DNA of 4,457 nucleotides from a virus (Duplodnaviria; Heunggongvirae; Uroviricota; Caudoviricetes): IMG/VR virus record IMGVR_UViG_2778261056_000003; one strand, 5' to 3'. Shown piece by piece: positions 3,973 to 4,457 of this stretch (position 1 is its first letter; each line of letters starts with the position of its first letter). The notes under the pieces were generated by a model. It saw only the letters and a program-made list of their open reading frames with translations, ran no database searches and was not told where the DNA came from. The position numbers and the translations under genes were made by a program.

Positions 3973-4215
3973 ATGAGAGTAAAAACTATGGGCGCAAGCC
4001 CATTAAGCGGTCGTATTTTTCAAGGAACATTAAACACTGAAAAAGGAATGTGGGTAGGAAAGAGAGAAGATGTCACCGATCAGGCAGTTATGGCAGTAGC
4101 CGAACACATGATGATAAAAGACCAGAAATATGCATACGAAACGAAGGATGGCAAATGGCTGATAATAAGTCATCAACTGGTTGATAAATTACCAGAAGAG
4201 TTTGTTGATGGTTAA
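3973..4215 (+). CDS. hypothetical protein (early-left operon)
   Basis: 80-aa ORF. Its start is preceded by repeat copy 2, with SD-like GAGAG at 3961-3965. Same strand as the N-like gene. No family recognised. Confidence 0.6.
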   Translation: MRVKTMGASPLSGRIFQGTLNTEKGMWVGKREDVTDQAVMAVAEHMMIKDQKYAYETKDGKWLIISHQLVDKLPEEFVDG

Positions 4216-4246
4216 ATTTGCTTTGGCATAAACAACAGAGGTGGAT

Positions 4247-4457
4247 ATGAAAGAGTTTAAGGGTACGCCTGGTAAATGGAAGTACACGGTTAGAAACGTC
4301 AACGAGATGATGACTACGTTCCATGGTGTGACGATTGGTGACACATACATTGAAGTAGCAACAAGAAATGAAAGGGAGGATGCGCTACTGATAGCAGCAG
4401 GTCCTGACCTTCTCGAAGCACTTCAGTTATTACTTAAGCAATCCAAAAATAGAACAA
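4247..4457 (+). CDS. hypothetical protein, 5' partial (runs off the 3' window edge)
   Basis: ATG at 4247 preceded by SD GAGGTGG (4238-4244). Open frame of at least 70 codons to the window end (MKEFKGTPGKWKYTVRNVNEMMTTFHGVTIGDTYIEVATRNEREDALLIAAGPDLLEALQLLLKQSKNRT...). Absent from the track because no stop codon is present. Confidence 0.5.
   Translation, partial: MKEFKGTPGKWKYTVRNVNEMMTTFHGVTIGDTYIEVATRNEREDALLIAAGPDLLEALQLLLKQSKNRT

Noticed and set aside
3531-3974. Two minus-strand ORFs (3531-3737 and 3792-3974) sharing the peptide SNKWFAAK
   Set aside because: The shared peptide is simply the reverse complement of the 21-nt direct repeat. Both oppose the operon direction and overlap plus-strand starts.
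4088-4324. 78-aa minus-strand ORF
   Set aside because: Antisense to two plus-strand genes that have good RBSs (3973-4215 and 4247 onward).

Overview
This window reads as the immunity and early-control region of a mosaic lambdoid (lambda/P22-type) prophage, probably from an enterobacterial host, with the same gene order as lambda but inverted. In window coordinates: an oop-like antisense RNA terminator (46-77, +); cII (20-319, -); a PRE-like promoter with a TTGC-N6-TTGC box (297-335, +); nutR with a GACAA-loop boxB (397-440, -); a cro-like gene (458-691, -); OR with divergent PR/PRM and 17-bp TTTATC-N5-GATAAA operators (692-804); a cI repressor with HTH and S24 peptidase domains (805-1509, +); an AT-rich two-gene cassette (1579-2372, +); an intrinsic terminator (2383-2410); OL/PL (2589-2632); a nutL boxB identical to the P22 boxB-left hairpin as I recall it (2701-2715); an N-like antiterminator (2977-3360, +); and several small early-left genes, including two short ORFs absent from the track and a gene running off the 3' edge. 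The main candidate for an undescribed system is the two-gene cassette in the slot lambda uses for rexAB: an orphan 146-aa soluble protein translationally coupled to a small Gly-rich, coiled-coil, C-terminally membrane-anchored protein. It is inferred to be expressed from PRM in the lysogen and is proposed as a superinfection-exclusion or abortive-infection module. Other points worth a second look are an in-frame fossil of a lambda-type cI 3' end just after the resident cI stop, an apparently non-canonical repressor autocleavage site, and a duplicated roughly 40-bp leader ahead of two early-left start codons. All identifications rest on reading the sequence and on recalled reference sequences; no database search or computation was run.
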